A stretch of 62,657 bases of DNA, filler included, from Choristocarpus tenellus KU-1152 (GCA_964200185.2; 10 parts of 10 records of this genome joined end to end with filler, not necessarily neighbours in it); one strand, 5' to 3'; shown: positions 26,330 through 40,000, counted from the first letter of the whole stretch. Notes: generated by a model from the letters alone, not told the origin. A program made the numbers and translations.

Positions 26330-26790
26330 CGTTGCCACCCTTGGACTGAGCACTTCACCGTAGACTGTGAAGAGGCTCTACTAGACGCGCTGTAGCGTCT
26401 CCCAGTGGTACACATTGAACGCCCCCATTGTGGCCTCCACTAACTCCTCTATGTTGGTCACTACTGTGTCTTCCTTCAGTTGCTGGATGGAATGAAAGAA
26501 TCTGATGGTCGTTGACCTTGAGGTCAGGTGAATTGGCTGACTGTGTCTCTATGACAATCCCGTCACCCACCGCACCCTCGATTGCCTCCATGACCCCCCC
26601 ATTAGTGTGTAGCTTTGCCCCGTCCTGCTGTACAAAGATGGTGTGTCCTTCCGGGCCAGGCATAGGGGTCTTGACTGCTAGAATGACATACTCGATCATC
26701 AGCTTCTTATACCACTACCCGTCCACCATGGCCATCACAACCACCATCGTCCTCGTGGGGCAGTACTTGCAGGAGGGCTGAGCGACTTCA
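26330..26790 (-). mobile_element. Tc1/mariner transposase remnant (plant/stramenopile mariner type)
   Basis: IFVQQDGAKLH ... QSANSPDLKVND matches 'I..QQDNA.PH ... QPPNSPDLNV.D', with 37 residues between the last two catalytic Asp. Frameshifted afterwards. Confidence 0.85.
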
Positions 26791-28149
26791 GTTAGTCAGA
26801 TACCGAATTTATCATAAACAAGAACACTATCTGAGAAGCTTGAAACAACATCATTTCCGAAATGTCATGCATATTTTGTGCCCGTGCGGGGATGGACGGA
26901 TCCTCAGTGGGGTGCAAGTACACACCTTGCTCATCTTTGAGAATTGAAACCACTTCACGTCCACATGCACAAAGAAGTAGAGATGTTCCACAAAAAACCC
27001 ACGTCCACCACCTTCTGTATGTGTAGAAATAATTAAAGACCACTAATAGTATTTTACATGTGTGTAGTAGTACACACAACAAGACCCGACGCATCAAGAT
27101 ACGGTCAGTATGCTGTCATTGCACCGGTCAAGCTCCCTCACCTAGCAGGAATCTTTCAACCTGACACCAGACCCATCGACGTAAGCACGAATATCGTTTC
27201 AACTGCCCAGTCTAATCTCCGACTATGCCCATTTCGTATAGGAAGCCTTAGGGACCCGCTTGTAGCAGCACTGATCATTTTCATAGCCACACTGAGCCCC
27301 CACTCAGCTGGTCCGGTTAGGGACACACCTCCCTGAGGTGGCCTCTCCCTCCCGTGCCACAGCTAGCCAGCTCCAACAACATTTTTTTTTTTCTTAAATG
27401 TGGCATCTCTCTTTCGACCTGCTGGTCGTCACAGCTCACAAAACAGGCCAAGGAGGGGGGTGGTCGTTGTCAGGCAGGGCGAAAATAAAACAACGGCAAG
27501 CAACCACTACTCAAGTACGCAAGCGTACATGTTCGTGGCGTTTATTGTAACTGCATTCCTCAAATATAGTGCATTGTCACCTCCATACATTCCTACATAC
27601 GTACATAGCAGGTACTGTGGGAGATTTCTTGACTTTTTTTGGTTTTGCTGCAGATGCCAACACGAAAAATACACAAATGACCAATGTAATCAATTGGATG
27701 GGTGCCGTCCATATAAAATTGGTCACAATCAGGACTAACCCTAGCCCAAACCCCAGCTCTGATCGTAGCTCCAGCCGTAGCCCAAACCCTAGCTCTGGCC
27801 GTAGCTCCAGGCGAAGCTCTAGACCTTACCTGGAGGTGGTCAATCAAATCAAACCCACACTGCAGGGAAACTGCAGGGATAGTGATGCTGATAACGACAA
27901 AGACACTGATAGTGACACTGACACCGACACTGATACTGCAGGGATCCTGCATAGAAGAATGGAAGACCACTAATAGTAGTACTTTACATGTGCGTAGTAG
28001 TACGCACGACAGACCCCACGCATCAAGATACAGTTGGTATGCTAACGAGAAAGTGTGAGCAGTGTGGCGCAGCAGCATAATCAAATCGCGAAATGGATCA
28101 CAGGTTCGCGACGCTGACGCTGAGAGAAGATGCATTGAAAGCATTACCA

Positions 28150-29202
28150 CACAAACGTGGTTGGATCTTTGACTACGTTGGAGCACTGCTCTGCAGTCTC
28201 TGCCACCTCGGGAAAGCAGGAAGAGAGCAGCGAGTCCATCACCAGGTGGTACAGTGACCAAGTCTGTGGGGAAGCCTGGTCATGGCGGGCGAAGGGAGAA
28301 CCGGGGTGGCTGCCTGAAGGGAAGATTGGGGAAGAGAGCAGTGCGACTGCGTGCTATTGCGCTCAGGAAACACCTAAGCAAAAACCCGGTCGTAGAATAT
28401 CTTAGTAGTCGACAGTTGCAGCAGGCCCTGGCTATTTGGAAGCTATGCGAGCCAGAGTGTCTTAAGGAAACGATAAAGAATGTGTTAGGGTTGGAGTACA
28501 AGGGCTCTGAAGCCTGAAAGAGGGTTGAAAGGGAGAAAGCCATCGTAACAAAGGCAGCTGTGGAGACTTTTCCATACCACCAAATCCTTTACTTAGAAGA
28601 GGTCATGAAGCAGATGGATGTAGCTATTGACGTGGACGCCAGGGAAGAAGAGGAGATGAGATTGAGACTATTTGCACACCGATGGTTTGGTTTCTCCCAC
28701 TTCTTGCAAGATGCCGTACATTTACTCTGTTCCTGGACTTGGGGTTGGACGTATAAAGTTGATTAAGGCTTTCTCCCAGCCTGCATTCATTCAAGAAATC
28801 AACACCAATTTCGATCAACTCAAGCCTGTCCTCCCTCGCCCTTGCACCTTGATGAAAAGAAATATCACCCGTCCAGGAAACACGGACGGCGCCCATTTCC
28901 GCCGCTCAACAAGGAAATGTGATGGTAAGGCTCTAACACTGCGAATCCTGTACCAGTGTATGGATGACAGGAAAGAAAGACAAACGACAGTCAAGATGGC
29001 AGGAAGATATGCGATGGTCAGTCTGGAAACTGTGAGTAAATGGGAGAGAGACTTCCTAACTAAGGGCCACATCAAGGTGTCGGAGCAAGGGCGCTACGAG
29101 AGGCGTTTCGTCCTGGGTTTCGACGAGGACATCCTTGTCAAGGTCAAAGAGTGGGTACGCGAACACACGGGAAGAAATAGTCGGGAGGCTTTTCCCCCCT
29201 AA
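28150..29202 (+). mobile_element. Decayed DNA-transposon ORF, N-terminal HTH region of an IS630/Tc1-like DDE family
   Basis: AGRYAMVSLETVSKWERDFLTKGHIKVSEQGRYERRFVLGFDEDILVKVKEWVRE resembles the 'IR.W...F...G.I..S.QG.H......DED.....WLR' HTH/linker of such transposases. Stops and frameshifts upstream, truncated at about 29200. Confidence 0.55.
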
Positions 29203-29310
29203 GCCCTATACTTTAATCAAGTAATAGTGCATCTGTTGCCACTCTTGGTGACCTGCAATGGTTCGAACCCCAATATGAGCGCTCTTTCTTCAAAAAAAGA
29301 AAAAAAGTGA
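29203..29310 (+). mobile_element. Possible tRNA-derived SINE head truncating the transposase ORF
   Basis: Perfect B box GGTTCGAACCC at about 29260, weak A box upstream, A-rich run after. Confidence 0.3.
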
Positions 29311-31174
29311 CGAAAAAATAGGAAGCCCTTACTCTGGAGGGCCTTGTGACGGGCATCATGAATATGCTTTTTTATTTTTAATCCGCGTCTACCTCAAAGG
29401 GTTATGATGAGACGACCCCAGAGGACAAAGGTATATCACTATATATCACTATACACAATATTCAAGAATAGACAATGGTAAGGTGTACCCTGTTTTGTGT
29501 ATGTGAGATTATGGCATCGAATTGAGTATTTAATGTAATTAATGAGTACATCTTGATTGTGTATGTGGTTTGGTATTTCATTTTAACTTCTGTGACATTA
29601 CTGTTGACTTATGTTTGAGGCAAAATAATAATAAAACAAGCAATAAGAAGTCGCCCCCAAAAAGTCCACTCTTCTTTTCCACCATGTAATCGTATTTACC
29701 AAATGGAAATCGTGTCAGCCTCTCTTTCTTCTCTCTTCTTCCATACTGACACAAACAGTAGTTTACATATGCATAGGTTATGAGCCTTAATGGTGTGGAG
29801 AACGTCATGAAGAAGTTGCTTATCTGGATCACGCTGGACTGGAGGACTAGGACGGTCAGTGCAGACCATGGATGGACATTATCTGTGGTGTTTTACGCTG
29901 GTGGGAAGGGTCTGTACGACATTCTGCGTCGAAAATAGGTGGTGCCTGGACTCGCGGAGACTCCGATGGAACAGGAACGAAGAGCGCATGAAAAATCCGA
30001 CAAAGAGTCTAGGGAGGATGCGCGGAGGACGAGATCCCCATAGAACTCATCAGACAAGAGGGTCCGTGGCAGCAATCGTGGTGAGATTGGAAAATGAGAA
30101 CCCAGACGACACAGGAGCATGGATGGAAATTGGAAAAAGTCAATGGAGGTCGCGCAGAGGACGAGGTACCTGTGCAAATCATTACCTTGGAAGGACGCCT
30201 CCTTGAGCTAGGTCCTCCTTGACTACAGACCTTACGAAATTCGTAGTCCAACCCGAAAGATCTGATACAAGCTACAAGGAGCTGAAGCAGGCAACTAGAG
30301 CCAAAGCATCTTAGAGGGTAGAGCCGCGTCCATTTGGGGGTCAAAATCCAATGTTACGATTTNNNNNNNNNNNNNNNNNNNNNNNNNNNNNNNNNNNNNN
30401 NNNNNNTTAATTAATTAANNNNNNNNNNNNNNNNNNNNNNNNNNNNNNNNNNNNNNNNNNNNAAATTACACCAAAAATGTGAAAATCGAAAAAAGGGTGA
30501 AAAACGGACGCCAACACCGCCCCCCCAGATACTTTGACCCTCTTGGAAGTGTACTGGAAGAATTTGATTGAACAAATCGACAAAAAATAAGAAACCTGCT
30601 TCAACGACGACTTCAGTGAGAGGAAGAGACACTCCCCAACAAAAGCATCTCATGGGGCATTGAGTATATAATAATCGGTGCTCTGTGCACAAATGAAGAG
30701 TAAAACACGAAATATTTGACTTTGGAAAGAAAAGACATTTTGCGCTATGGGAAATTGTGACACTACGACAAAAATTGCACTCAAACATGGCGAGGAATTC
30801 CTCATTTTTCCAACATTTCACGATCTTAATTTTTCTTCATCGTTTTCTAACTGAGTCTAACTGTTGTCAGTCGATACCTGCGAGGTATGTTGACAAAATA
30901 ACAAGAAGTCAGGCTTGCTTTGATAGCACCCTCTCTTGCCGTTGCTGCACACTGGAACTCACTGGAAAGCAGATGCGGAGTTGTTAGAGATGCTCGACAT
31001 TGCAAAGCAAGACTTTGAGATGGAGAACCCTGGCGAGGAAGAGGACAACAAGGATTTAAAAGAGGTGAAAAACCGTATTTTTTTCGACTACTACAACAGA
31101 GACTTTGAAGTGGTACATATTACTCTGGAATACCTTGAGGTAATCCCAGGAGTTACAGTATTTTCTTGGTCAGT

Positions 31175-31430
31175 GAGTGGAAGTATCTTAGAGGGTAAGA
31201 GTTTTGCCTTGTTTGTTCATTTGGGGCTTGGCTTCCCGTGGGGTTTTTATGACGTTTTTCCATTCCAAAATGTTTTGGAGTAGGTAAAATGTATACGTTA
31301 TGAAAAGGTGTGTCCGGAACAAGGATGCTGCACTTCCTAACAAAAACGGTAGCCAAAATTACGTCAAAATCGCAATATTGGGTTTTGGCCCCAAATGGAC
31401 GCAGCCCTACCCTCTAAGATACTTTGGCTC
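31175..31430 (+). mobile_element. MITE, subfamily A, full length, 3-bp TSD agt
   Basis: TIR GAGTGGAAGTATCTTAGAGGGTA ... TACCCTCTAAGATACTTTGGCTC, flanked by agt on both sides. Confidence 0.92.
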
Positions 31431-31464
31431 AGTGCAAACCAAAGGGCAGTAGGTGGGTGGAGAG

Positions 31465-31709
31465 GACCCAAAGCATTTAAGAGGGTACGAGTTTTTCCCC
31501 ATTTGTTGTCGTTCAGGGCTTGGCTTCCCACGGATTTCTTATGCCCTTTTTCGGTTTTCTGTGTGAACACAATTATCTAAAATGTGTGTCCGGAGTAAGG
31601 ATATTGACACTTACTATCAAACACAATAGCCAAAAAAGTCATCAAAATTGCAACATTGCATTTGTGACCCCCAACAGACACGGACCTACCCTCTTAAATG
31701 CTTTGGGTC
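31465..31709 (+). mobile_element. MITE, subfamily B, full length, 4-bp TSD agag
   Basis: TIR GACCCAAAGCATTTAAGAGGGTA ... TACCCTCTTAAATGCTTTGGGTC, flanked by agag on both sides. Confidence 0.92.
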
Positions 31710-33021
31710 AGAGCATCAATACCGTTGCTCAATTTTGATGAAACATCACTCAGAACAAGACTCTGATATGATGGGTTTCTAACCCTAACCCTACCGAGCG
31801 ACATGTTGCAAGTACTTGCTATGAAAACTTCTTCCGAAAAAAGAATGATGACTATGTAAGTCGATGATCAGATTCCTTTTGTGCAAAACAGACACTCTTT
31901 TCCCTGATGGCTAGTAGTGGCGTCTATTAAACTAGACGATAACCAGGACGCTCAGCAACCCTGCACAAATGAATGCTAGATTGGTTAAATCTCTTGGATG
32001 GTTGGCTGTGGTCATTTGGCTTGGGTAAATGCAAAGTGTTCAACTGGTTTGAGGTAGCTGATGTTCTGAATTCCTTGTTGTGTTGTAGCCCCAATGAGAG
32101 CAAAATTGACTTGTTTATGTCCGTGGATAGTGCTGCTGCTAAACTATGTAAGCCACTGGTGGAGCAGACAATAGGATGGAGAGTCGGTGATGGGCGCACC
32201 TGTGTAGTATCGTTAGGTAGTCAGAACATTCTGTTTGGTGTACTTGGTGCATTATATCATGTACAACATGCGTTTACTGATTGGTGTCTGCTCTATGTAC
32301 GCTTGTCATACTGAAGACAAGTATATGATTTATAGTGTGTTTGGTGGAGGATTGTAAACCCTGCTCTATAGAAAAAGTGATCAGGTGCAACCAGTTGATA
32401 CACAAATCTTACCTCGTGATTTAGTAGGAAAGAGCAATCCTGCATACAAATATTACATTGTGATTTAGTTTGAAAGAACACAATCTTGTACAAATCTTGC
32501 TTCTGATGTAGTTTGAAAGAACTCTATACAACATTTATTTTGTCATTTAGTGGGGAAAGAATATGTGTACAAATTGTAGGCTACTACTACTACTGTAAAA
32601 ACATACAGTAATTCTTTCCCTTGTTGTTCTATAATGCCATCAAGAAATATCACCTCCACTTCTAAACCAATACATTGCGGGAACGCTGGTAGGGTCCTGA
32701 GTGATATAACATCTATAATTTATCAGTACTACAGTGTTGGCAATCGGGTCCTACATCAACTTTGTTGTACCATAACTTTTCATCAACAATTTTTTTCATG
32801 AAAATTCGTTTCCTGTAATCGCATCAACACGTAACCTTACTTGATGGGTCTCGGTTGATCAACTTGCAGTAATCGTGAGAAATACAGGATCATACTTAGA
32901 TCAAGCAGTCCGCGCGCGTGGTTCGTGCGGGGAGTGCCATGCGGCGCGCTCGAACGGCGCAGTTTAAGGATGATTTTGACGTCAGAAGAAGTCACCATCA
33001 CCCAGAGGACAGTGGGTGTTG

Positions 33022-33280
33022 GAGTGAAAGTATCTTAGAGGGTACGGGTTTTGCCCTGTTTGTCCATTTGGGGCTTGGCTTCCCGTGGGGTTTTTGGGAT
33101 ATTTTTCCTGCTCCGAAATGTTTCGGAGTAGGTAATATGTATATGTTATGAAATGGTTTGTCCGGAACAAGGATACTGACACTTCCTAACAAATACGACG
33201 GATAAAATGACATGGAAATCGCAACATTGGATTTCGGCCCCTGAATGGATGCGGCCCTACCCTCTAAGATACTTTGACTC
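33022..33280 (+). mobile_element. MITE, subfamily A, full length, 3-bp TSD ttg
   Basis: TIR GAGTGAAAGTATCTTAGAGGGTA ... TACCCTCTAAGATACTTTGACTC; internal sequence similar to 31175-31430. Confidence 0.92.
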
Positions 33281-33784
33281 TTGTTGTCTCTCCACTCTCT
33301 TCCCATTATTTCCCGTTTATTGTTGTCACCTGCTGACTAAGGCCCACTCATGGGGGCCCAGGCCTCTGAACCAGGCAATCCATGCCAAGTGAAATGAGGT
33401 ATTCTGTAGGTGCAGGCCTCCAGTGGGGCTTAAATGTCTTGTACACCCTGTCCAATTTGGTGCACTCCATGCCTTCCTCGTTGGAATATATCAGGTGGTA
33501 AGCAATACTCACCCTGAAGAACCTCTCCACAATTACTCTAGACTGCCCCCCTTCCTCCTAAGACTGACAGGAATGTTGGATCTCATTCCAGGCAACATAT
33601 AGTCACAGTGGCCTCGCACATAGTGCTTCGCCCACCCCCAGACCATCTCTATTGGGTTCAATTCACAGTGTCCTGTGAGGGGCAGGCAACAACTCAGACC
33701 TCATTGGGCGTCACAGTATCCTCCTGTGAGTGGCTCAAACAGTATTAAGCCAAGGCCCGCCCATGTACCGTTTTGGCGGTTACC

Positions 33785-34092
33785 AATCTTGATATTTTTG
33801 AAAAGGTTGCCGAACGAGTAGGTCAACGATCATCATATCAAATGGAAGTTCTGGATCTAGGCTATCGATTTTGGCAAAGGAATTCTTTCGGGAAAATATT
33901 TTTGGTTGTGATAATTCATTCTGCAACATTTTCAAGGTTGTGCCGAAACCATTCGGTTAAAATTTAACCTTACCAAAACAATTTTCTGAAAGAATCCCTC
34001 TCCGAAATTCTATAGCTTAGATCAAGAGCTTTCATTCGATATGCTGATCGTCGTTTAATTCGTTGGGAAATCCTTTGAAAAAAATCAAGACC
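33785..34092. mobile_element. Foldback-type element with about 120-bp imperfect inverted arms
   Basis: Left arm tcttgatatttttgaaaagg...acgatca.catatc.aatg.aag.tct.gatcta.gctat.ga...aaaatattttgg is mirrored by right arm ccaaaacaattttc...atagcttagatcaagagctttcattcgatatgctgatcgt...aaaaaatcaaga. Confidence 0.8.
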
Positions 34093-37000
34093 GGTCTGAT
34101 CCTAGAGGTGACTGCTAACACTCTATGTTAAAATGCTCCCTTAACTAACTTTTTATAGTTGACAACATGTATCCGTCTCTTATTGTGTATATTTTATTAT
34201 TATGCCCTCAGACATTTTGTATGTGTCAGGGGAAAAACAGATGAAAAGCCAATTCAATATCAGAACAACCTCTCAAAAAAAAAGTTGTCGTAAATGTGAA
34301 AGGCATTTTACTATTTACTACAGATATGCCTGTGTAAATCAGTGACTAGCGCTTGCATATTGCGTACGGTACCATCACTCCTCTGTTAAAAACGTGTACA
34401 AATGAGCCAAAGTAAACGAGAGGTATCCAGTTTTTGTCGTTTCACATCATTATCCAGTTTTCCATCTTTTACGATTCACCCATACTTCTATGGATGAAGT
34501 TCCAAGTTTGACTTGAGAGGGTTAGTTTCTCTTTTGTTCCGAAAATTTTCCATATAATTCGGAAAATATCCTACACGCATTTGTAAAAAAATATAGAATT
34601 TTGTCCATAATTGCCAGCTTCCTTAAAAAAAGGAAGTCTGGGTACCTCTCCTTCACTTCAGGTCGATATTTGTCGGTACAACTCCTCCTTTGTGGAACAT
34701 GTACAACTATTTGTGATACCACTCCCCCATCTACGAAAAAGGATGCAAATGTATGTCGTACACCTCCCCCATCTACGAAAGTGTGAACAAATATTATCTT
34801 ACCATCCACCAATTCATTTAATGGTACAAATATTTGTATCACTCTCCTATCTGTGAAAGATGTGTAAAATTGTTCTTTGGTACAAATATTTATCCATTTG
34901 AATCCCTCCACACAATGATTTCCCTTTTTTGTAGCCACATGCTGTAGAAATCAAAGTAGCGAGTTGGTTTGTCAACATTTCATCGTGTTGTTGGAAATTT
35001 TTGTCTCAGGCCACTCTCAGAAGTATTAACAAATGATTCTTATCCATAAATGATCCTTACCCACAAACGAAAGGGTTAACTCGTAAATGTTTTATTTGTG
35101 AGGATGTGCCCCAAGCACCCAAGGTGCGTAACTCAGATTTATGACCGAAACAGTCACTGGTTTTTCGGGAATTGATTTGTACACCACAAATCGGATTTGA
35201 TTTTTCAATGAGCGGGTTTAGTTCTATATCTACAGTTTGACCTATCTACAATTAATCACAACATACAATACTGCTGCATATTTTACAGAGTACTTCAGAG
35301 GAATTATCTAAAGCACGACCCATCATTTCTTACTGATTACGCAGGTGTCCTTCGGTGCTTTTTACAAGCTGATGACAAAAAGTAAGTATGACGAGGATGA
35401 CTCTTACTGAGTACGGCAAGGGACATCATAGTCATCATCTACCGCATGTATGTGATGGTATTGGAGTACCTTATATTCCAATACATCCAACTTGTGCACT
35501 GTTACATATCCTAGGATCACTAGACCCGTTATTGAGAGGGCATTACATATTATTGAGTGAGGTAGTCTCATCAAATGAAAATTCATCTGTAACAATTACT
35601 GGGTACTCGTAACACAAGGTGTAACTAGTATTTGAGGAACTCACATACACAGATTGGAACGTCAGAGAGTGGGAACATGCAAAAAGAGAGTCCTCTTGTG
35701 ATGAATCTCAAACTGCCTTAGTAACTAGGTTCCAGATTTTCCAGGGAAAGAAAAGCCACAAGCAACTATACTATCGTCCTCATCGCTTGTCAGCAAGTCA
35801 CTTACAAGGTCATACAACATGTGCATATGTGAGTAGAAGATGCGGAAACAACAAATGAGAGTAAGCAAGAACAAGAACAAGAACACCAAAATGTTTATGC
35901 CAACGTAACAAAACTTCTAGAAAATCGATCTTTCAAATTAATGGTTAAGAGACCTGGTGCTTTTGCTTGACTGCAAAAAATAGTTATTAAATGAGTGAGG
36001 GAGCAAATACTCATGATGGATTACATTGCCAGTAAGCTAGGAGCAGGAAGGACTGGGGAGGGCTACGTAGATACAACCATATAGATAGATGTCATCAGCT
36101 TGTACACAACTTATTGCAGGAAAGCGGCACCACACGCATCCAAGAGGAAAAACTCAAGTAAAGAGAAGGGGATGTTTGATGATCCGTGGATAATGATGAT
36201 GCCACAGGAGTACTTAAGTTGTTCCCTTTGACGATGTGTACAATTAAGATTAGCAGTGTGTACATAGAGGTTGTGTTGTGATCTCTTCTATGGTACACTA
36301 GGTGAAGGTAGCGGGCTACGGACCCAAAGTATCTGGGGGGGNNNNNNNNNNNNNNNNNNNNNNNNNNNNNNNNNNNNNNNNNNNNTTAATTAATTAANNN
36401 NNNNNNNNNNNNNNNNNNNNNNNNNNNNNNNNNNNNNNNNNCGCACCATTTTGGGTCAAACTCATTCTCCATAGTATGCTCCATCCTCAATTTTGGTGAT
36501 CGGCTGTTATCTGTATGATGTCAAAGGGCATAATAATATATATAATATGGCAAGTGATATCTACAAATCATCTTCACATGCTAACCAAAGTTATGCCGAT
36601 AAATAATCGGAATCTGCGCATCATTATTCAACATTGAGTTGCACTCAATACATGATTTATGGTCCAATATTTGTAGATTGAAATTATTTGTACATCTTCA
36701 CCACTCCTTGAACCTTCATATACAAACACTTCCATTTTGTTTGTTTACTTATTTGTGGAGTACAAACAATGAGTTAAATCATGTTATGTCCAACACGTGA
36801 AACGTTTTGTAGATACCAAATAGAGGTCAGATGTCCTTCTCATCCACTTCACGATTTTTATCACGTTCTTGTCAAATCGAGTTGTCCTCCTCCTACCTAC
36901 ATGCACGTATGATAGGTGCACAGTACGACTCGCGAGGCTCCTTCTGTTGTGTGCCCGTACTGCTAACGTGTGAGAAAAAGTCCCCAGAGAATTCCGCCTC

Positions 37001-40000
37001 AACAATAATTATAATAAATACTAGTACATTGTCCTTTGTAATATTCTGGAGATGTGTCAGGGGGGGAGGGAACCGAGACCAAAACGGTATGACAAGGGCT
37101 AATACCACTACCCTAAATGCAACAACAGCTTTTGTCAATGCTAAGATACCTCCCTAAAATATATACTACTTGAAAACTAACATTTACAACAGTGTCCCCT
37201 TGAATGAACATCATTCTCTACAGACTAATGTGCATGTTGCTATGCTACGAACCTAGCCCTACAGTGGGCGAGGATCTAGAGAGATAATAGTAATATAACG
37301 TTAATATATGCATTCATTTGTACTTAACCCCCATACCGTATGTTGTAGGTGGTGCGAACTTGGACTTTTTTGTGTGCTTTCTCATCAGTAGCATGAGCAA
37401 CCCACCCTTTCCTACTCTAGCAACATCAATAACTTTTGAAATATAATAGAACAGCCACCAATCTTACACATATTAGAAACTATCACCACCATTCTTAATT
37501 TTACATTGAAACTCTCCTCTCAGCTTCAATCACCTAGAAGACCGTCTCATTTCCTTTGTAATAATCCCCATCAGGTGGGTATCCTGCTAACTGCTCTGCA
37601 TTGTTTATGAAGATCACACCATCTCGAGGACAAAGTTCAAGCAGCAAGTAAGTAAAGCAGACGCTAGGAAAGTATTACATAATACATGTTGACAAAAAAA
37701 GTAGATACATGTAATTGTGTACATCCTACAACATGCAAAGCCGAGTTTTTAGCCTAATAATGACGTAGAATACTCCATATACTGAATATGTTTTACGTAC
37801 TCCTCACTACATTGTGCACTTTTAAGACTGAATAATGAAAGGGAACCGACTATGTTTGGTGCATTGTTGGCTACTCCGTTCCTGTTGCCTGTGCCCATTT
37901 GTTGTTGCAGAAACTATTGCTGCTGAAAAAGTGCTCTCCCTGTCGGCTGTACAACACGTGGAGGCAAAAGTGTTAAAGATTCGATTCAAATGAAATGTAG
38001 ATGAGGATGTTGGAAGGTTGGGGAAATGGGCTGGCTCACCCACCAATCAAGAAGCAAGGGCACAAGCCATTGTCGCTGCTGGAGAGGTAGCTTAAGACCC
38101 ATTATTATGTACCATCAGTCACCAGGGTATTAACAGTCAAGACCAAAGTGAAGAAAATTAAACTACAATAACAACAAAAATATATAGATCAATGAAGCCT
38201 CACAACCCAACAAGCCCCAGGCGGCATTTCCCCTATCTTCCACTACTTGACGAGTGCTCTCCTTGTATTATACTCCGTCCGGAATAGATATAGCACCGAT
38301 CACAGCCTGAAAAGAAACATCAAGTTTCGCTAAACGAGGCAACACATTTCAACGTATTTCACACACACACACACACCCCATGCCCGAAAAGTAGTGAATT
38401 TCGACCAACGTTCCAAGAATCAAAGAACAAAGGAGACATTTCCGTCCTGATAAAATACCACACACAGTTCCAAGTGCCGCCCTCTCAACTTAATTTCATT
38501 AAAAGAAGCAGAGGGGAAGACAAATACATGGCCGGCTCTTTTCTCTGCAGCAGCAGCAGCAGAATTACAATGTTGATTGTAGACTGGATTAATAATACCT
38601 TCTGGTTGTACGTTCTTCTAATACAACACAGCATCAGCAGTCCTGGCACACACTGTGTGATAGTTCCACCTTCCACACACCGATCCAGGTACAGAATATA
38701 CAAGTACCATCATTGTTCCTAGTATCACTTCACCAATTGCAACCCTACATACACCATCACTAAATACTTCCAAGGTGGAGCCAACACACAAGAGCCTAAT
38801 AACCCTCTGAGTGAAAGACGATGTAGACAGAGGTTCTAACACCTGTCCATACAGCACTGCTCAAGAAAGAGCCCCCTCCCCCCCCCATCCCCTTCCCCTT
38901 AGTCATCAAACAGCTTACATCACACAGTAACGCCTCTTGCATTCCACTACAACCCCTCAGCTCGACTATTAGGCGGGACAGTTTGGTTGTCAACTCCCGC
39001 TAAAAAAATATTTTGAAACATCCCCTTTCCGCCTGTATTTTCTACCAAACCCATGCCATAACTCTCCGTCCTCTCTCTCCAAGTCCTTCCTGTCCTTTTG
39101 CATCTGAATCGGTTCCTATCACTCCCTTCCGTACCACTTTCAGATGGGAGGTCAACAATTTTTTGTTCCGGAAGCTTCTCCTTCACCTTCAATCCATCGC
39201 AAAACAGGGGGGGAGGGGGGGGAGCAAGGTGTGGGATTTGGTAGAGAGGTTGGAAGGGGCAGGATGCATGTGGTGGGGTTGGAGAAAAAAGAGAAGAAAA
39301 AAGAGACGGTGGAAAAGCTCCCTAGACTTCTATCTTGTAAAATCTGTTTATTACAAATATTTTCAGCAGTAAATATTTGTTGGTGTGTTGGACGTTCCAG
39401 ATGAAGCAATTTTTAGCTCCAAAACAAAACAGAACAGAAAATTACACAAACTCAGTCCAGCCTTGTAAGAACCCCCCTCCCCCCACCCCCCCCACCCCCA
39501 ATGTCAATATGAGATATGCAAATAATTAAAAAATGCGGTCCACGAGGATCCTACCACTTTGACATCATAATATGCATCCTGACAAGGTTATCGATCAACT
39601 GTTCCAACACCACTGTACACTCTTTCTCACTCTACACACCATATGCCACTAGCAGCAATACCACAAACTTCAACATCCTGCTGGTAAATTTCCAGTAACG
39701 GTATGAATTAATATTATTATTATTAGTCAGGTACTCACATCCTACATCTCAGAGTAACCTGTCCCACCTCAAATGACGTCAAGTATGACCAACCCATGAG
39801 AGATGAATGTCTGTGAGTGGATGCAGGGGTTTCCATCCCCTGGGAGGGTGTTGCTACTTAGATAATCAACAAACCCCATCACTGATGCGCCACCCTTTGG
39901 TGTGGACAACAACACACAAAAAAATTAGTTATCATTCTGAAATGCACCATACTATCGCAAACTTCTACTAAGGAAGCACAACAGGCGAGAAAGGACAAGC

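Noticed and set aside
38200-39620. Exon-like pieces on the minus strand (e.g. 38947-39186, 39555-39612)
   Set aside because: Could not be joined into a consistent or recognisable protein; several contain stops.
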